Below, in pieces: positions 12,001 through 18,000 of a stretch of 64,000 bases of DNA. This stretch comes from an uncultured Bacteroidota bacterium (GTDB taxonomy: Bacteria; Bacteroidota; Bacteroidia; Flavobacteriales; Flavobacteriaceae), in contig CACNDW010000002.1 of the NCBI GenBank assembly GCA_902619315.1, forward strand, positions 4,760 to 68,759. The letters are read 5' to 3'. How positions within the stretch are numbered: the stretch's first letter is position 1; the number at the start of each line of letters is the position of its first letter. Under the pieces are notes generated by a model, which saw nothing but the letters and a program-made list of their open reading frames with translations, searched no databases and had not been told where the DNA came from. The position numbers and the translations under genes were made by a program.

Positions 12001-15000
12001 GTGTATGTGGCGGTATAGGTGGCTATCTCTTTAGGAAGCAGAATACCCTCAACAGATCCAAGGGAGCTATCATTATTATACTGAAGGCCTGCTCCGTCAT
12101 AGCTTCTCGCGTTGGCTTGAAGATCGCTAAAGTTATCAACCAAAAATATAGATCGAAGAATTACATTACCTATGTTTTCAAGGTTAACGTTATATACTAA
12201 AACATCACCAACACTCACCTCTCCATTACCATCTGTATCGGTATGGCTAACAGTTTTAGTTACCTCAATTAATGGATCTTCTATGGGGTGATCAACATTT
12301 GATGAGGTATCAGTTACGGTTTGTGTTCCTCCTGTAACTGTCGGAGCTGTTGCCTCTACTGAAGCCACATTTCTTGTCCCTCCAAAATAATAGGCATCAT
12401 CGTTAACAGTAAAAGTTGCTGTAAAGGTTGAAAACTCTCCTACAGCGAGGGTATCAGATGCGGATCCAAGTGATGAGGATAAGTGAGTCATGGAACTAGA
12501 AAGACTCAGCGTGCCAGTTTCTAATCCCGAAAGAACATCTGTTATAGTAATATTGTTAAGCGGAGTATCTCCTGTATTTGATACCGTTATTGTATAGGTG
12601 ATTATATCACCAATCGATGTGGTACCACTGCTATCCACATCTGTTTCAGTGGCTGTTTTGGTAACCTCAATAGATGGGGTTACAACCAGAGAAATAATGG
12701 TTGGGTCATCCTCTTGTGCCGTGAGCGGATCATCACTTGTGGATGTAGCTTGGATTGAATTGCCTCCCGGTGTAACAAAGGTTCCAGTAGCCGTTGCTGT
12801 ATTTACAAGAACTTGATGATTATCAACAATTCCTTGTGTTAGGGTAAGCGTAACTTGATAGGTAGCACCAACTCCAGGCGCTAGAGAATCTATCCTAGGA
12901 TCAACGGTAAGGGTTACCGTTGTTGCTGATACGGTATTATTATAGGTGTAGGTATAAACTGGTGACATTGATGCCCCTTCTTCCAATTGGAATCCGTAAA
13001 AATAGGCTCCATTCATCGCGACTCCATATGGGGGAGCAATTCCTACTCTGGTTGTGCTAACACTAGCATCAGTTGTAAAGGTGTGAGAGAATCGATATAC
13101 CTGTTGATTTTCAAAGTAAAATCTTGTTGATTTCTGAGCATTATTCCAGTTAGTAATGTAAGAGCTGTTATTATCAACCCAATTCTCTGAATTAGAATCT
13201 CCATCGTGGAATACAAACTGAAAACCATTATTGTATCTCGAGTCACCTAAATAATTGGCTCCTTCATTTGGACGTGCGAATACCGAAACAGTATATTGTG
13301 TATTTGGCTGCAGTCCTTCAACCTCCTGATATAACCACTGCTTTTCATTGTTGCTACCCTCAGCATAATCATCATCATTTCTGAATCTAACAAAGTGGTT
13401 AAAATAATTATTAGCAGTAAGACTACTAAAGCCAGGTGTTGTCTGGGTTTTTAATGACTTAATATTATTACTATTTGTCTGTTGAGGGAGGATCTGTAAT
13501 CCTTGAGAAGAAAAACCACTTTGAGCCAGGGTTGCTCCAGAATCAGTACTAAAATAAACCAAGGCCTCTGCTGGTTGTAATCTTTGGTTACCATTGTAAT
13601 CAATACTTGAGCTTAGATCACTTCCTAATGTATGCCAATAATTATTATTGTAGGCATTAAAATTAAATCCAGCGGATCTTTTTATAAAGTTTTTAGGAAT
13701 ATTGTAAATCGTTGGAGTACTTAACCCCACAAATTCCAGATCTAGAGTTTGAATGGTCTGTGAATCCTGGTTAGTCAGTAGATCAGTAATCTCCAGTGGA
13801 AGGGTAATTTCTCCTGTATTGGTAACCACCACAGTATAAACTATCTGATCATTAAGCCCGAGAACGCCATCACTATTTACATCAATGGTTTGGTAGGTTT
13901 TGGAAATATCTAGACCAACCTCTCTGTTATAACAACCAATATCATATGTAGCCTCTTGGAAGTCTTTTATACCATTAGAATTTAGGTCTGAAGGATCTGT
14001 ATATCCATCAGCAGTTCCTGTTACCGTTCCTAAACTAGTCTGAGTAATGGGTGAATCTCCCAGTAGTCCATCATCATCTCCATCAGTGTAGCCAGCTTCC
14101 TTAACATCATTACAACCATCATTATCTGAGTCTAAATCAAATATGTCCATTGTTGTGTCACTATCGGTATCTGAAGGTGTTCTTGATTCAACAGAATCGT
14201 GAGCGCCATTAGAGTTTGCATCAACAAATCCTGTGTCATTAGAATCAATTCTTCCATCTCCGTTAGTATCCAGATCTGCATTTCCTGCCTCTATAACATC
14301 ATATATACCATCATTATCAGAGTCAAGATCCAAACCATTCCCTACAGTATCATTATCTATATCCCCAAAACACTGTTCTTGCGGCTCAATTAAAATTCCA
14401 TCAAGCTGTATAGAAACGTTTACTCCTGGAGCATAAGCTGAAAAGAGAATTGCAATACGATTAGTATTAGCATCGGTAGTAAACTGGAATGAATTTTGGG
14501 CCCAATCTGATGGAGCTTCAGTAAGCTGATCAACTGCATAATCAGTTTGTAAGGACTGGACCTGTAAAAGGGTTGATCCTCCATCACCATGAGAAGCCTC
14601 CAATAAGCCTCCATCTTTATGATAATAACTAATGGTATAAGTAGTATTGGGGTAAACTACCTCCTCTACCATTATTCTATCAAAATCTCCTATTCCAGGA
14701 GACGCCTCATTCCAATATTTTCTTTGATTTGTTGGAGTAGTGGTTCCAGATATATATGCATTTTGAAGCAGTTCGATAAAATACTGATTTGCACCAAGTC
14801 CTGGAGCTGGAGACCAATTCACATTATTTCCATCAGTTCTGTTATCCCAAATCTCACCATCTCCATTAACTGAAGTAAAAGGTGGTGCTACTGTTGATGC
14901 AGGATATTGAGAATTTTTATTTTCAGTTGAATTTACCGGGGCCCCGGGTTTATAATAAGTTTCAAAACTCGTTCCATCAGCAAAAAAATCAATACACTGT

Positions 15001-18000
15001 TCAATTATATCTAAAACACCATCATTATCATCATCTATATCCAAATTATCAGGAATTCCATCCCCATCTGAATCTAGACCAACAGGTACAAAGGTTGGGT
15101 CGTCTCCAGTATCTCCAGATCCAGTATTGCCATCATCACTGATATCCTTTGTATCTAGCTCGGCTGGAACGGGATTTCTCTGAGAAGAACCTCTAAACGT
15201 AATGGTATTGAACAATCCACCATCTTTAATAGAAAGATCATTAACAGTAAATGTTGCGGTATATGTAATTACCCCGCCAACAGTAAGTGTAGTTGAATTA
15301 GAACCTGCAGTTGCACTAACAAACGCTGGGCTACCATCCAAACTCATTAGGTTTCCTCTAGAGGAGGTAATAGTATCTACAAAAACTAAATCATCAATTC
15401 TGTCGTTTGAGGTGTTTGTTATAGTAATATTGAAAACAACTTTGTCACCGATTATCCCATCATTATTTCCATCATCTACAATATTAAATGTCTTGATTAC
15501 ATCAAAGGCAGGAACTACACCTGTGTATGAAATTGTTCTGTCATTTTCAGTATTTCCATCGTCGTCATTGCCATCATCACTATAATCTGAGGCAGTTAAA
15601 ACTGGATTTATACCATCAGGGTAACTAAAAGTTTGAGCAAAAGCCTGATTCATAACACCTCCAACTGCAACATCACCGGCAACAACAGTGTAGGTAGCAG
15701 TATAAGTAGCGACCTCTCCTGATAGTAACGTTCCCTGGATCGAACCTTGTGAATTACTAACGAAAACTGGTAAATTACCGTTGTCCAGGTTCCTAGTATT
15801 GCTCGCAATATCAGTGATCACATCAGTTACGTACAAAGATCTTAATGTAACATTTCCATTATTTTCAACAGTTATCGTGTAGGTTAATTTATCACCCTCA
15901 CTAATTAATCCATCACCATCAAGATCACTATTAACAACTGTTTTTGTAACATCCAAAGAGGGTTCCGCAGTAATATTGAATATAGTTGGGTCGTCTCCAG
16001 TATCGCCAGCCCCGGTATCGCCGTCATCACTTGTGTCATTGACAAATGCTGAGTCAGTAAGGTTACTCGCAAGAACAACAACTGAGTTACTTACACCACC
16101 ATTGTCAACTACCTGTTGGGTAATATCAAAAGTGGCAGTGTATGTTTTAATTTGTCCTGGTAAAAGATTTTCTGGATCATTTGTGGTTATTGGAGTTGTG
16201 TAACTTAGTGAGTTACCCTCTAGGTCAACTAGGGTATCAGTGAATGAAAAGTCATTTAAGGTTTGATTTCCAGTATTTAAGATGCTTATAGTGTAAGTCA
16301 GAGTATCTCCAACTCCAATTTTCCCATCGTTATCATTATCTGATGCTACGACAGTTTTTGTAACCGTTAGAGAGGGGTTGGCAGGAATAAGAGTGTCAAT
16401 ATTTTCTGTTGAACCTGTGACTGTTCCAGATTGCGCATCATCAACTGCCTGTGCAGTAACAACATTTCTAAGCCCACCAAAGTCAACAGCGTCCTGATTA
16501 ATAGTAAATGAAGCCCTGTAATTCGCCTGTTCATTTACTAAGATGACATCTGAGTTAGAACCTCTAGATCCAGATAAATATTCTAATGGTCCTGTTAAAT
16601 TTAAAGATCCTGAATTTAATCCAGATAAAGTATCAGTCACAACTACTGATGAAAGATCAATATTTCCCGTATTTGAAACAGCAATGGTATAATGAACAAT
16701 ATCACCTATATCTCTGACTCCATTTCCATTAGTATCACTTACGGTGAAAGTTTTTTGAATATTTAATGATGGATTAGCTGGAATTAAATTCTCTGTTGGG
16801 TCATCAAAAAGGTTTCCATCGGTATCGTCATTATCGTCACTTACATCTGTCGCAGGAGTATTTGAGGGATCTAAAACAGTCACTGATGCAGTATTGCTAA
16901 GTCCACCTGCATTTATGATACTCTGATTTATAACAACATATGCGGTGAAAGTTGTTATTTCGCCTGGTTTAATTAATCCATATGGAGAGCCTAGAGAGGA
17001 TGAACTATAGCTTGGACCAACCAAAGTAGGAGTATATGTACCAGCAATTGTTGAAACTGTATCATCAATAACAAGTTCATTATTTGGAGCACCAGCAACT
17101 CCTAGGGTGTTGTTTCCAGTATTTTCTATAGTTATTATATAATTAATCCTATCTCCAGAGCTAATTTCGCCGTCACTATCATTATCAACATGAACAAAAT
17201 CTTTAACAACCTCTATAGTTGGGTTTTGTTCAATATCAAAAATAGTGGGGTCATTAAACTGATTTCCATCATTATCATCCCCGTCATCACTATCGTCTTG
17301 AACTAGAGTGTTGGCAGGATCTCTACCACTAACATCTACTGTATTCTCAACACCAGTTTGATCGACAGCCTCCTGAGTAATTGTAAAGGTTGCAGTGTAA
17401 GTCGCTGCTTCACCAACTTCAAGTGTTCCTGCAGCAGAACCAGAAGTTGAACTTACAAACGTAATACCAGGCGAGTCGTAATCTAAGGAAACTCCAGCAA
17501 TACCTGATAATTGATCCGCTAGAGAAATATTGGTGATCTTAACATTTCCCGTGTTTGTAACAACAATCGTATAAACTGCAACATCACCAACATCAATTTT
17601 AGTTGGATCAGCCTGAGTAATATTGACTGTTTTTGATGCATCTATCTGACCATCAAATGTTAATTTAACCTCAGTTGGGTCATTAACTGTATTACCATCA
17701 AAATCATCGTTATTATCACTGATTTTAGAGACTTGATTATTTTCAGACGTAACATCATCAGCCGTCACTGATGCCTGATTAGAGATTAAACCGTTGCTTA
17801 CATCTGCACCCACTACCGTGTATGTAGCAGTATAAGTTAACTCCCCATTTGCCAAGATTAAACTAGCATTAGAACCATTAGTTGAGGAGGTGAGTGTAGG
17901 CCCTGAGTCAAGAGCAAGAACGCTTCCGGTATTGTAGGCTCCTCTTTTTTGAACATCAGATAGAACAATATTTTCAAGAGCAACGTTTCCAGTATTCCTA

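Larger units (their letters stand above)
4950..16400. repeat. Three tandem intragenic super-modules (period ~3.66-4.10 kb) inside the adhesin CDS
   Basis: Anchor matches seen by eye are 16390~12295~8635 (offsets 4095 and 3660), 14118~10448~6371 (offsets 3670 and 4077) and 12671~9011~4975. Each unit contains a TSP3-like stretch, a jelly-roll, another TSP3-like stretch, a DUF11 repeat, a second jelly-roll and more DUF11 repeats. Boundaries are approximate. Confidence 0.7.
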
